Positions 8,744 through 16,990 of a stretch of DNA of 40,238 bases are shown piece by piece (the first letter of the stretch is position 1; every line of letters begins with the position of its first letter). Under the pieces are notes generated by a model. It was given only the letters and a program-made list of their open reading frames with translations. It was not told the origin of the DNA and ran no database searches. The DNA is from Candidatus Bathyarchaeota archaeon (GTDB taxonomy: Archaea; Thermoproteota; Bathyarchaeia; TCS64), in NCBI GenBank assembly GCA_043826455.1, contig JBDRQD010000025.1, positions 1 to 40,238 on the forward strand, read 5' to 3'. The position numbers and the translations under genes were made by a program.

Positions 8744-8802
8744 GGTTGTATCTAATAAATACAGATTAAATATCATATGTGCTAACTATTAGCAGAGGCA
8801 GT
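8744..8802. promoter_or_regulatory. Divergent promoter/operator region
   Basis: About 60 bp AT-rich gap between divergent regulators, with inverted repeats TGCTAA-cta-TTAGCA and TGTAT-N7-ATACA. Confidence 0.5.
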
Positions 8803-9927
8803 ATGTCAAAAACGAGCCCCGCAGAAGCAAAGAGAAGGGCAACGGTCAAAGTTTTACAACTTTTTAAGAACAACCCCAATCTTAAATGGTCAGAGCTTTG
8901 GGACAAGGCAAAAACCCAAAGAATAACCTATTCGACGTGTAAACGTGTTGTCAAAAGGTCTCTAAAAGCGGGACTCCTGAAACCCAACATTCTTGAGGAT
9001 ATCAACGACCCGGTCTTAACTTTGGTAATCCCGCTTCCTCAGCTCCTCTACCTCAGCGACATAATTGGTTTCTTGACGGGCTGTTTCGAGGATTGGAACA
9101 AGCATCCAGATATTCCAAATGAGAGTTTTATAGGCTCAACGCTGTTCTCAGATGTATCTTGGAATAAGCTGAAGAAATATGTAACCCGTGAAGATGAGAT
9201 GAGGCTCAAGGATGCCCAGATGGCACTTTTCGACATCCGTCAAAGGATGGCGTTGGACACTTTTACCGAATCAGAGAAGAAGTTAATCCTCTCATTTGAG
9301 GAAAAGATAAAGGAACTCGTCAACCAAAAAAATCAATCACGAGAACGAGATAAGACGAATAATTTTATCGCTATGATAGCAGAGCTGCAAGGCTTAGACC
9401 CTGATGAAGAGATCAAGAAGGAGGAGGGATTAATGAAAGAAATGGATACCGCCCTATTGTCGCTGTATCTGTCTGGAGACTCGGATGACTTTTTCTCGTT
9501 CCTCTTTAAAGGCGGCGAAATACCAGATGAGGCTCGGAGGCTGATGGAGTGGCTAGAGGAAAATAGAGGAATTTATCGGGAGTATTCTAGGAAACAGCGG
9601 GAACAGCCAAAAATCCTTTTCTCGGTTGGGGTGGGATTCGAGGGCTATGAAGAGGAGAGTGGGCAGCTGGGGCTGCAGCTTCCCCCTGCTTGGTTTGCTA
9701 GCGAGAAGATGAAGACCATAATCGATGATGTGGAGGCGGATTTAGATAGGTTTGGAAACAGGTCAACTCTCTATCGGTGCGAACTCTGCAAAGCGTGGTT
9801 CGATAATAAGAAAAAGGCTGAGGATCATGTCAGGTTCGACCATGAAAATGAAGAGGTTGGCTCCCATGTGAGTGAGCGTCATAAGTCATTTTACAGTGAA
9901 TTATTGAAGAATCTTATGGCGGTATAA
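8803..9927 (+). CDS. Putative regulator: N-terminal wHTH-like region, C-terminal C2H2 zinc finger
   Basis: LKWSELWDKAKTQRITYSTCKRVVK (HTH-like) and YRCELCKAWFDNKKKAEDHVRFDH (C2H2). Confidence 0.7.
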   Translation: MSKTSPAEAKRRATVKVLQLFKNNPNLKWSELWDKAKTQRITYSTCKRVVKRSLKAGLLKPNILEDINDPVLTLVIPLPQLLYLSDIIGFLTGCFEDWNKHPDIPNESFIGSTLFSDVSWNKLKKYVTREDEMRLKDAQMALFDIRQRMALDTFTESEKKLILSFEEKIKELVNQKNQSRERDKTNNFIAMIAELQGLDPDEEIKKEEGLMKEMDTALLSLYLSGDSDDFFSFLFKGGEIPDEARRLMEWLEENRGIYREYSRKQREQPKILFSVGVGFEGYEEESGQLGLQLPPAWFASEKMKTIIDDVEADLDRFGNRSTLYRCELCKAWFDNKKKAEDHVRFDHENEEVGSHVSERHKSFYSELLKNLMAV

Positions 9928-10034
9928 TATGTGTGCGTGTTTTATTTTTAACGAGCTTCAATATAAAGGGGTTTTGTTTACCCGATTTATTTTAGTTCCT
10001 TATTTTTTTAGCTAAAAATGGGTGTGGAGATGTG

Positions 10035-11219
10035 TTAGTTTTTCTCGGCTAGTCGGGATAATAGTTTTTTGAATTCCTCGAATTGGCTGGTCTGCTCGAT
10101 TTTCATTTGCTCCAGTTGAGCCTTGGTTATAGCGTTTTCCTTTGATAGCTCTGATACTTGTTGGGCTAAGTCATTAAACGCTTGCTCCGTCACGTTGGGG
10201 TTAATGCTCTTGGATCTCTGGTCTTTGCTGGTGGTCTCAATGCTTAACAGGTGCTCATAGTTGGCGTATATCTCCCTGAGCTCATCCAGGGGCTGGTTAA
10301 TGTATGTGCTCTTCGCCTGCCCTATCTCGTGGCTCATGAGGCACTCGATAAGGTCGCCATCCATTTTCCCGGTTAAGCGGCTCCGGAACCCTGATCTTAG
10401 GCTGTGGCTCCGGGCTGGATTATACCCGTTCTCTAGCTCTGTGGGCGCTATGAAGTCCAGCTTAGAAGCGTACGCCCTGAGCCTCGTCTGTATGCTAACC
10501 GGGGTGGCCCTCTCCGCGTCGTTGCCCAGGAGCGTGAACAGGGGGTCTGTGGGCTGTATGTTTTTACGGCTAGCTAAGTATAGGCGTAGGTAATTCACGG
10601 TGTCCGCGCCTACGAAGGTCCTGATCCTTACACTGGTTTTCCTGCGGTACCCCTCAATGGCTAGCGGCAGGGTGCCGGCCTCGTACTCGCGTTGAATGTC
10701 TCCATAGTTTAAGTCAAGTATGTCGCCTATGCTGAGTCCAGATTGAAAGGCGAATAAGATATAGCATTTATCGCGCAGGTACTCGGCTGCCTCCACGTAC
10801 TGCCTGATCTGGTCCAGGGTCCACTCATGTTTCTTGTTCTCCCGCATGGGGCGGTCTGGCGGTGTCTCTATGAAGGCCAGGCTTACCGTGAGCCCGTAGA
10901 ACTTTAGCGCGTTCGTGACTGCGGCCAGGGCTTGAATGGTGGCCTTATTGCTGTAACCGTTTTCGCTATGCCATTTAATGAAGCCGCGGATAAGGTCCTC
11001 GCCGGGTCTCTGCCTCTCATATACGGGGCGGTCCCTGTTGGCCTCCACGTCTTTTTCAATCTGTTTAATTAAACCCACTACACCGTCAGGGTAGTATAAT
11101 CTAAACCGCTTCAAGTTGCTGCGGTAGGACTTTGCGGTGCTCTCTCCCTTGCTTTCAAGGTATTTCTCCTCTGCCTCATCCAGGGTTACTCTGCTGATGT
11201 CTATTAGTTGGGCCGGCAT
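10035..11219 (-). CDS. Tyrosine recombinase/integrase
   Basis: N-terminal core-binding-like region (TAKSYRSNLKRF), SGLSIGD box I, HSLR, LMSH, Tyr in STYI, C-terminal coiled coil. Confidence 0.9.
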   Translation of the reverse strand: MPAQLIDISRVTLDEAEEKYLESKGESTAKSYRSNLKRFRLYYPDGVVGLIKQIEKDVEANRDRPVYERQRPGEDLIRGFIKWHSENGYSNKATIQALAAVTNALKFYGLTVSLAFIETPPDRPMRENKKHEWTLDQIRQYVEAAEYLRDKCYILFAFQSGLSIGDILDLNYGDIQREYEAGTLPLAIEGYRRKTSVRIRTFVGADTVNYLRLYLASRKNIQPTDPLFTLLGNDAERATPVSIQTRLRAYASKLDFIAPTELENGYNPARSHSLRSGFRSRLTGKMDGDLIECLMSHEIGQAKSTYINQPLDELREIYANYEHLLSIETTSKDQRSKSINPNVTEQAFNDLAQQVSELSKENAITKAQLEQMKIEQTSQFEEFKKLLSRLAEKN

Positions 11220-11391
11220 GTTGATCTGTTATACGGGTAAACAACCAGGTATTTTAATGTAACTCTAAACTAGGTAAAGCCCATTCAACACGTAGGTCTC
11301 AAGGACCAGCTAAATTTAGGGCCAGCCAACCACCACCCAACATATACTGGGCGGGAACCTATTTCATCTCTTCAACACGCTGGCGCGCGCG

Positions 11392-11598
11392 AGGCAGGGT
11401 GACAAGTGGCTGAGGAGGAACCTGGCGGAGTGCGCCAGGTGGTCGGTGAGGAAGGACCCCCACCTGAAGGGGTTCATCCTGAGGGTCAGGCACAGGAAGG
11501 GCGGGAAGAAGGCCCTGGTGGCTGTGGCGAGGAAGCTGGTATCCTACGCCTACTGGATGCTCAAGAGGGATGTAACCTACGAGGAGCTGTGTCCCTAG
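11392..11598 (+). pseudogene. IS110-family transposase, C-terminal fragment 1
   Basis: Manual translation RQGDKWLRRNLAECARWSVRKDPHLKGF...KKALVAVARKLVSYAYWMLKRDVTYEELCP*. Confidence 0.85.
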
Positions 11599-11779
11599 AA
11601 AACTGATTGGGGCTCATCCCCGTAGTCTGAGTAGGGGTGCGCCTCGTAGGGGCGAATTATGGAAGATGAGGTAGGTCCCCGGATGGTTGTATGCCAGCCT
11701 CTTGAGGAGGAGAGGTTAACGGATAGAGGATGGAGGCGGGTGTGGTAACGAGATTGAGATATAAGGCTCATCATGGTTA

Positions 11780-12076
11780 TCCGTCTTGATACGCGCCTCG
11801 GCTATGGCCCTTGTCTTTAGCGGGTTTGCCAGCTTGACCGGTATCCAATTGCTCTCAAGCACCTCGTATGTCTTTTGCCACAGGTTTCCTGTGAATTCCA
11901 GCACCGCGGTGCATTCGCCGTGCTCAGATAGGATCTCTGCCAGCTCCGTTATTCCCGTGCAGGTGTTCCTATAGGCGAGTTCTCTCTGAACCTGTCCTTC
12001 CTTGTCGGTCACGCAGGCTGCGCAACTTTTTTTTTCCTAATTCGATCCCTACGTAATTCACCCTCTTAACCTCCAT
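11780..12076 (-). pseudogene. IS110-family transposase, N-terminal DEDD fragment, frameshifted and truncated
   Basis: YVGIELGKK / frameshift in A9 run / SCAACVTDKEG...VLEFTG...LANPLKTRAIAEARIKTD. Confidence 0.85.
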
Positions 12077-12215
12077 GTATGTGGGCTGGCTTGTGTGCGG
12101 CACAATCCTATCAGGGCTCATGGGCCCACTTTGGTTGCCGCTATGGGTCACGCCCAATTACATCATAGGCCTCATCGGGGCCAACGAAGGGTAGGGCTCA
12201 GCCAGCCACACCATG
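12077..12215 (-). ncRNA. Non-coding end of IS110 fragment, candidate bridge-RNA region
   Basis: Lies 5' of the DEDD fragment. Closing inverted repeat TGTGGGCTGGCT/AGCCAGCCACA, with nested stems TTGG..CCG..CTATG / CATAG..CGG..CCAA. Confidence 0.4.
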
Positions 12216-12263
12216 CTATAGGTGTGAAGAGGGCTTTAATCATACCAATACATCATCGCGCGC

Positions 12264-12683
12264 ATGACGGGGGTGGACTACTTCGCCGCGATGTTGATTC
12301 TGGCGGAGATGGTCACGGATGACCGGTTCACCGGCGATAAGGGTTTCTCGTCCTGGATGGGGCTGGCTCCGAGGGTCCGCCAGTCCGGGGAGAAGACCTG
12401 GGTCGGCGGGGTTGGGGGGCCGGGGAACAGGAGGATGCGGTGGCTGATGATCCAGTGCGCCCATTCTGCCTGTCGGTTTGACCCTCGGCTCCGCCGACTC
12501 TACGAGAGGTTATCCAAGAGAAAGGGAGAGAAGAGCGCCGTGGCGACGGTGGCTCACGAGATGGCGAGGATCATGTACTTCATGTTGAGGAGGAACGAGC
12601 CCTACAGGGGTTTGAGAAGGGGGTTGTGGGAGAGAAAGCTTAAGAGTATGGAGAAGAGAGCGTTAAACGGTTTGCGGAACTGA
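12264..12683 (+). pseudogene. IS110-family transposase, C-terminal fragment 2
   Basis: GVDYFAAMLILAE, WMGLAPRVRQSG (catalytic Ser motif), GNRRMRW and ATVAHEMARIMYFML. N-terminal half absent. Confidence 0.85.
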
Positions 12684-12821
12684 TGTGGATACCACCCTTG
12701 CATCGGAGTTCCTCAAGCGTTTCTCATAGGAGCGCGCGCAAAATTCGTATATCCCTACACCAGCAACAACTCGAGTCGAAGATTTGATCCGAAATACACC
12801 TTATTTTACTAGTAAATTTGT

Positions 12822-12843
12822 GTTCGAGTCCCTCCTCCCGCAC
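12822..12843 (+). other. tRNA-Leu-like 3'-end duplicate (putative attR)
   Basis: GTTCGAGTCCCTCCTCCCGCAC = T-loop, T-stem 3' strand, acceptor 3' strand CTCCCGC and discriminator A. No 5' half upstream; T-rich tract follows. Confidence 0.75.
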
Positions 12844-13009
12844 TTTCTCTTTGTGCGTTAGGAGGTGTAGTCGCTGCCGTCATGATTATCCGTTTTTAGG
12901 TTGTTTTAGTGTTGAGTCTTTTTCAGGATTCTTTGGCAGTGGCGGAGGGTGGCGGTGTCCGCCGTGCTCTTTGTGAGGTGGGTGGTGGGGGCTGGTGCGT
13001 TGGGCTGTT

Positions 13010-13462
13010 TCACTGTTGATCCAGTATCTGGAGAATCCTCTCGGGGTTCCTGGTGCTGAAGAACACGGGCATGCCTCTCCTGCGGGTGACCCTGACGCCC
13101 CTGCGGTAGTCCACGATGTAGCCCACGCTGCCGTCCCACCCCCACCTTATCCCGAACCCGCCGTAGCGCCAGAAGGGGGGCCTGATGGCCTCCACGTAGA
13201 CGATGTCGCTGAGCCGGACCCTGCTCTTGGTGAAGCCGTAGCCTACTGTGAGGCGGCCGTCGGCTATGCTGATCTCCAGGGTGCGGAAGTTGATGAACAC
13301 GGCCACCATGATGACGAGGACCAGCATGAGGATGGGTGTGGGGGCCCTGCTGCCCAGGGGCGGGTTGAGGCTGAAGTAGGCGGTGACCAGGATGACGACG
13401 GCGATGAGAGTCTGGAACGCTGGATGGGTGTCCAGGTGCTCGCTATAATCTTCGATGGACAT
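13010..13462 (-). CDS. Membrane protein with PH-like soluble domain
   Basis: Two TM helices, then YGGFGIRWG and FFSTRNPE motifs. Confidence 0.75.
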   Translation of the reverse strand: MSIEDYSEHLDTHPAFQTLIAVVILVTAYFSLNPPLGSRAPTPILMLVLVIMVAVFINFRTLEISIADGRLTVGYGFTKSRVRLSDIVYVEAIRPPFWRYGGFGIRWGWDGSVGYIVDYRRGVRVTRRRGMPVFFSTRNPERILQILDQQ

Positions 13463-13584
13463 TCAAGGAGAATACGTGCATGCTTTTTTAACGGTTACTG
13501 GGTGGGGCGAACCTTTAACCCACCCAAACAACTACACATGAGAAGGATTAGCGTGATGCGAGGATAAAATTATTGGATAGTGGT

Positions 13585-13944
13585 TTATTCATGTACTTGT
13601 GGTTTTGGTGTTCCATCCCAGAAGAATAGTATTATACTCTCTTTGGTGAAGTCTGTTGCACCGTGTTTTCCACCCTTCGCCGCCGTCACTACCATATTAG
13701 GCTCTATCTTCATTGGTTTATTATCTGGGGGCATGAGTAACCCGCCTGACAACCCGATTGTCATCTGAGTGGCTTCTGGGTGAGAGTGTATCTTGTCTGC
13801 TACTCCTTTGGGGAACTTGACTAGTGCTAGTGTTGCTCCTGTTTCTGGGTCCTCCCATAGTACTTTCTGCTTTACATCTGTCAAATAGTATCCTCTAGGG
13901 GCGTCCTCCCACTCAATATCTGTGAAGTTCAAGAATTGAAACAT
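13585..13944 (-). CDS. Cupin-domain protein
   Basis: HSHP motif 1 and KHG motif 2. Confidence 0.8.
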   Translation of the reverse strand: MFQFLNFTDIEWEDAPRGYYLTDVKQKVLWEDPETGATLALVKFPKGVADKIHSHPEATQMTIGLSGGLLMPPDNKPMKIEPNMVVTAAKGGKHGATDFTKESIILFFWDGTPKPQVHE

Positions 13945-13995
13945 GTGTATCCGACTAGTTTATTCTCAGGAAAGGGATAAAATTATGGATTGGGT

Positions 13996-14982
13996 TTATT
14001 CAGGTATTTTTCCTTGGAATATCTTCACAAGTTTTTCGAGGTCTATGCTAGCACCCGAAACAACACAAACTACCTTTCCTGATCCTGCTTCACCCGCAAG
14101 AGCAGCAGCTACACTAAGAGCTCCAGCCCCCTCAGCAATGACTCTATTCCGCTCAGCTAACAACCTAATAGCTGAAACAGTATCCCCGATACTCGCATTT
14201 ACAGACCCATCAAGAACTATCTTTGCTAAACCCCACATCTCAGGAAACAAAAAGGGTGAACCAGCACTTTCCACGAAACTTGGAGTAAAATCAACATCAA
14301 CCTGTTTACCCGCCTTAAACGAAGCAGTCAAAGGAGCCCCCGTATCAGGCTGACACCCATAAACCTTCACCTCTGGTTTTATTGCCTTGATAGCTGATGC
14401 GACTCCACAGCACAAACCGCCTCCACCATAAGGAATGACTACTGTATCAACATCAGGCATGTCCTCAAGTATTTCTAATCCGATGGTGCCTTGACCAGCC
14501 ATAACTTGGAGGTCGCTGAATGGGTGAATGAAGAATCCTCTCATATCTTTATAGGTATTGGGATCAAAGAACTTTTTCCATGCAGATTTTATATCATCGG
14601 TTCCTGAAAATGAAGCATATTTTATCTTAGCACCCATTCGTTCCATGGCTATTATCTTTGTCTTTGCTACAGTGTCAGGGACAAACACGGTGCAGTCTAA
14701 TCCGTGTTGTTTGGCTACATATGCTACTCCTTGACCGTGGTTGCCTCCACTTATAGTCCAGACGCCGTCTTTCAAATCCGTTGGTTTCGCTGATCTTATG
14801 GCATTGCATGCGCCTCTTATCTTGAATGAGCCGACTGGTTGAAGGGTCTCCAGTTTAAGGTAAATCTCAGCTGGCGCATCGTCAACGTTCAGCTTAACCA
14901 GAGGTGTACGAATAATGGTATCCGCGATTCTTTTCTGGGCTGCTTTGATATCATCGAGAGGGATGGGGGCATATTTCTTCAT
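13996..14982 (-). CDS. PLP-dependent threonine/serine dehydratase (or serine racemase) family, no regulatory domain
   Basis: LQPVGSFKIRG, SGGNHGQG, PYGGGGL, AEGAGA and VSGAS. Confidence 0.9.
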   Translation of the reverse strand: MKKYAPIPLDDIKAAQKRIADTIIRTPLVKLNVDDAPAEIYLKLETLQPVGSFKIRGACNAIRSAKPTDLKDGVWTISGGNHGQGVAYVAKQHGLDCTVFVPDTVAKTKIIAMERMGAKIKYASFSGTDDIKSAWKKFFDPNTYKDMRGFFIHPFSDLQVMAGQGTIGLEILEDMPDVDTVVIPYGGGGLCCGVASAIKAIKPEVKVYGCQPDTGAPLTASFKAGKQVDVDFTPSFVESAGSPFLFPEMWGLAKIVLDGSVNASIGDTVSAIRLLAERNRVIAEGAGALSVAAALAGEAGSGKVVCVVSGASIDLEKLVKIFQGKIPE

Positions 14983-15154
14983 ATTCCATAGACTCCTTGA
15001 ATGTTGTTATTTAGTTATACTACTTTTAGTGTGTACTTAACAGTATTCTTAGCTAGAAACATCCAGACAATGTGTGATACGGAGAAAAAGGGTTAATCAT
15101 TCTACTACATCCGGTTTGGGCGAACCTTTAACCCCCAGAAGCAGATAATAAACC

Positions 15155-15961
15155 ATGGAGTCTGTTTGGCCAGGCAGCGCCAGGTGTGCCGCCTGCTTCA
15201 CCTTCGACCTGGACGCCGAGTACGTCTTCCTGGGAACCAACCCCGACGTAGCCAAGATGCCCCGGGTCCTCAGCCAGGGCGACTACGTGTGGAGGGCGGG
15301 CATAATCCCCCGGATACTGGACCTCCTGGACGAGCACAGGATCAAGTCCACCTGGTTCGTGGTGGCCATGAACGCGGTGAACCACCCCGACGAGGTGGCG
15401 GAGATCGTTAGACGGGGCCACGACGTTGCCACCCACGGATGGATTCATGAGAAGATAGAGCACCTGGGCAGAGAGGAGGAGACGGAGAGACTGCTGAAAT
15501 GCGTTCAGGCCATAGAGGACGCCACAGGCTACAGGCCGGTGGGGAACAGGACGGCGGGCGGCGAGCTCAGCCCCAGCACCCTGGACATATTGGCGGAGAA
15601 CGGGTTCACCTACGACAGCAGCCTCAGGGGCAGCGACATGCCCTACACGCTGCCCAACGGCCTGGTGGAGGTGCCCAGCTACTACGAGATGGACGACTTC
15701 CACCTCTTCGCCGACTACCCCTTCAGCACCTACAAGGCCAGGATGATGAGCCCCGAGACCGGCTACCAGATATGGACCAACGCGTTCGACGGCTACTACC
15801 GGTACGGGCTCTGCTGGACCAGCATGTTCCACCCCCAGATCATAGGTAAACCCGGTAACATGATGCTGCTGGAGCGTACGATAAACTACATGAAGCGGTT
15901 TCCAGGAGTCTGGTTCGCCAACGCTCGGCAGATAGCCGACCACTGGAAGAAGCGCGGCTAG
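15155..15961 (+). CDS. Polysaccharide deacetylase family (CE4, PgdA/PuuE-like)
   Basis: TFDLD, THGWIHE, YDSS and MFHPQIIG. Confidence 0.9.
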   Translation: MESVWPGSARCAACFTFDLDAEYVFLGTNPDVAKMPRVLSQGDYVWRAGIIPRILDLLDEHRIKSTWFVVAMNAVNHPDEVAEIVRRGHDVATHGWIHEKIEHLGREEETERLLKCVQAIEDATGYRPVGNRTAGGELSPSTLDILAENGFTYDSSLRGSDMPYTLPNGLVEVPSYYEMDDFHLFADYPFSTYKARMMSPETGYQIWTNAFDGYYRYGLCWTSMFHPQIIGKPGNMMLLERTINYMKRFPGVWFANARQIADHWKKRG

Positions 15962-15977
15962 AGCCCGGGCACGGCGT

Positions 15978-16130
15978 CTAGTCTGTCTTGGGTCTCAGAC
16001 ACGCGGGTAGGTTGCCGTGGGTCTTGTGGTTGGCCACGCAGGCGCAGCAGACGCCCCTCCTCTCGCAGTCAGCGCTGGTGCACGCACAGTTCCCCAGGTT
16101 TGCGGTTCGAGAAACGCATTCTACGGTCAT
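15978..16130 (-). CDS. Small Cys-rich protein (DUF6485-like)
   Basis: CACTSADCERRGVCCACVANH...LPAC. Confidence 0.75.
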   Translation of the reverse strand: MTVECVSRTANLGNCACTSADCERRGVCCACVANHKTHGNLPACLRPKTD

Positions 16131-16170
16131 TTCCAGACGTGATGGACGTGACGGTATAAAAATGTGAGTC

Positions 16171-16989
16171 TCAGTGGCTCTGGGACAGTATCTTCTCCCT
16201 GTTGAACAGGCTGACGCCCACACCGAAAAGGGCGGCGTCCACCACCAAGACCAGGATGGTGAGCACGATCAGCGTCGCCGGCCCCATTATCAGGAACCCT
16301 GAGGCCTGCCCGAAGAGCAGCGCCAGCACGGGCACCACCAGGAGGGCACTCAGTTGCTGGGCCTCCCTGAACCCCTTAACCCGGGACGATATGATCACCG
16401 TGGCCCCTATCCCCAGGAGGGACGCCGCGGGGGCCAGGCACAGGATCATCACCAACCAGGTGAGGTTGGGGAGCAGCAGGAACCCGAAACGCCCCAGCGT
16501 CAAGGCGTCCACCATCACCGTGTACAGGGTGAAGCTGATGAGGGTGGCCCCCATGGCGGGAGCGAAGCTCGCCAGTATCTTCCCCATGAGGAGCTCGCTG
16601 TCCGTGAGGGGCGCAGCCAGCAGGGCCTCGATGGTCTTCCTCTCCTTCTCCCCGGCGAAGCTGTCGGAGGCTATGACGCCGGAGACCATGAGGGGTATTA
16701 TGAGGAAGAAGGGTGCGAAGAAGTATACCAGCATGATGTAGATCATCTGCTGGGCCTCCGGGAAGCCCGATAGGATCTGCTTGACGGCCTCCGGGAGGTT
16801 GGGAATCATAGTATCCATGAGGTTAGCGTTGTTGGACCCGTTCATGGAGTCAGGCACCAGGATGATCATAGCGGGGATGAGGACTGTTAAGATGACGGGC
16901 AGTATGATCATGGGCGCCATCACCTCCCAGTTCCTCGCCACCTCGCTCAGGTCCTTCCTGAACACCAGAAACGCCTTGCTCCACCGCAC
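16171..16989 (-). CDS. ABC-2 type transporter permease
   Basis: SFAGEKERKTIEALLAAP...GK motif, multiple TM helices. Confidence 0.9.
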   Translation of the reverse strand: MRWSKAFLVFRKDLSEVARNWEVMAPMIILPVILTVLIPAMIILVPDSMNGSNNANLMDTMIPNLPEAVKQILSGFPEAQQMIYIMLVYFFAPFFLIIPLMVSGVIASDSFAGEKERKTIEALLAAPLTDSELLMGKILASFAPAMGATLISFTLYTVMVDALTLGRFGFLLLPNLTWLVMILCLAPAASLLGIGATVIISSRVKGFREAQQLSALLVVPVLALLFGQASGFLIMGPATLIVLTILVLVVDAALFGVGVSLFNREKILSQSH

Positions 16990-16990
16990 C

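Larger units (their letters stand above)
4532..11380. mobile_element. Satellite/plasmid-like integrative element (int - regulator - divergent RHH - small ORFs - helicase - primase-like)
   Basis: Gene order and translational coupling. No virion genes seen; boundaries approximate. Confidence 0.65.
1..12843. mobile_element. Right-hand part of a composite genomic island integrated at tRNA-Leu (left end outside window)
   Basis: Integrase, integrase remnant, replication genes, MTase and IS fragments in mostly AT-richer DNA. It ends at a tRNA 3'-end copy (12822-12843), after which GC-rich housekeeping genes begin. Confidence 0.7.
13505..15134. repeat. Exact 17-bp direct repeat GGGCGAACCTTTAACCC (13505-13521 and 15118-15134) flanking an AT-richer two-gene cassette
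   Basis: Seen directly. Confidence 0.75.

Noticed and set aside
11406..11606. 66-aa ORF MAEEEPGG...
   Set aside because: It is an alternative frame over the IS110 C-terminal fragment.
12027..12035. A9 run as a programmed -1 frameshift in the IS110 fragment
   Set aside because: Restoring the frame needs loss of one base (+1), and the gene is truncated anyway. Homopolymer slippage or a sequencing error is more likely.
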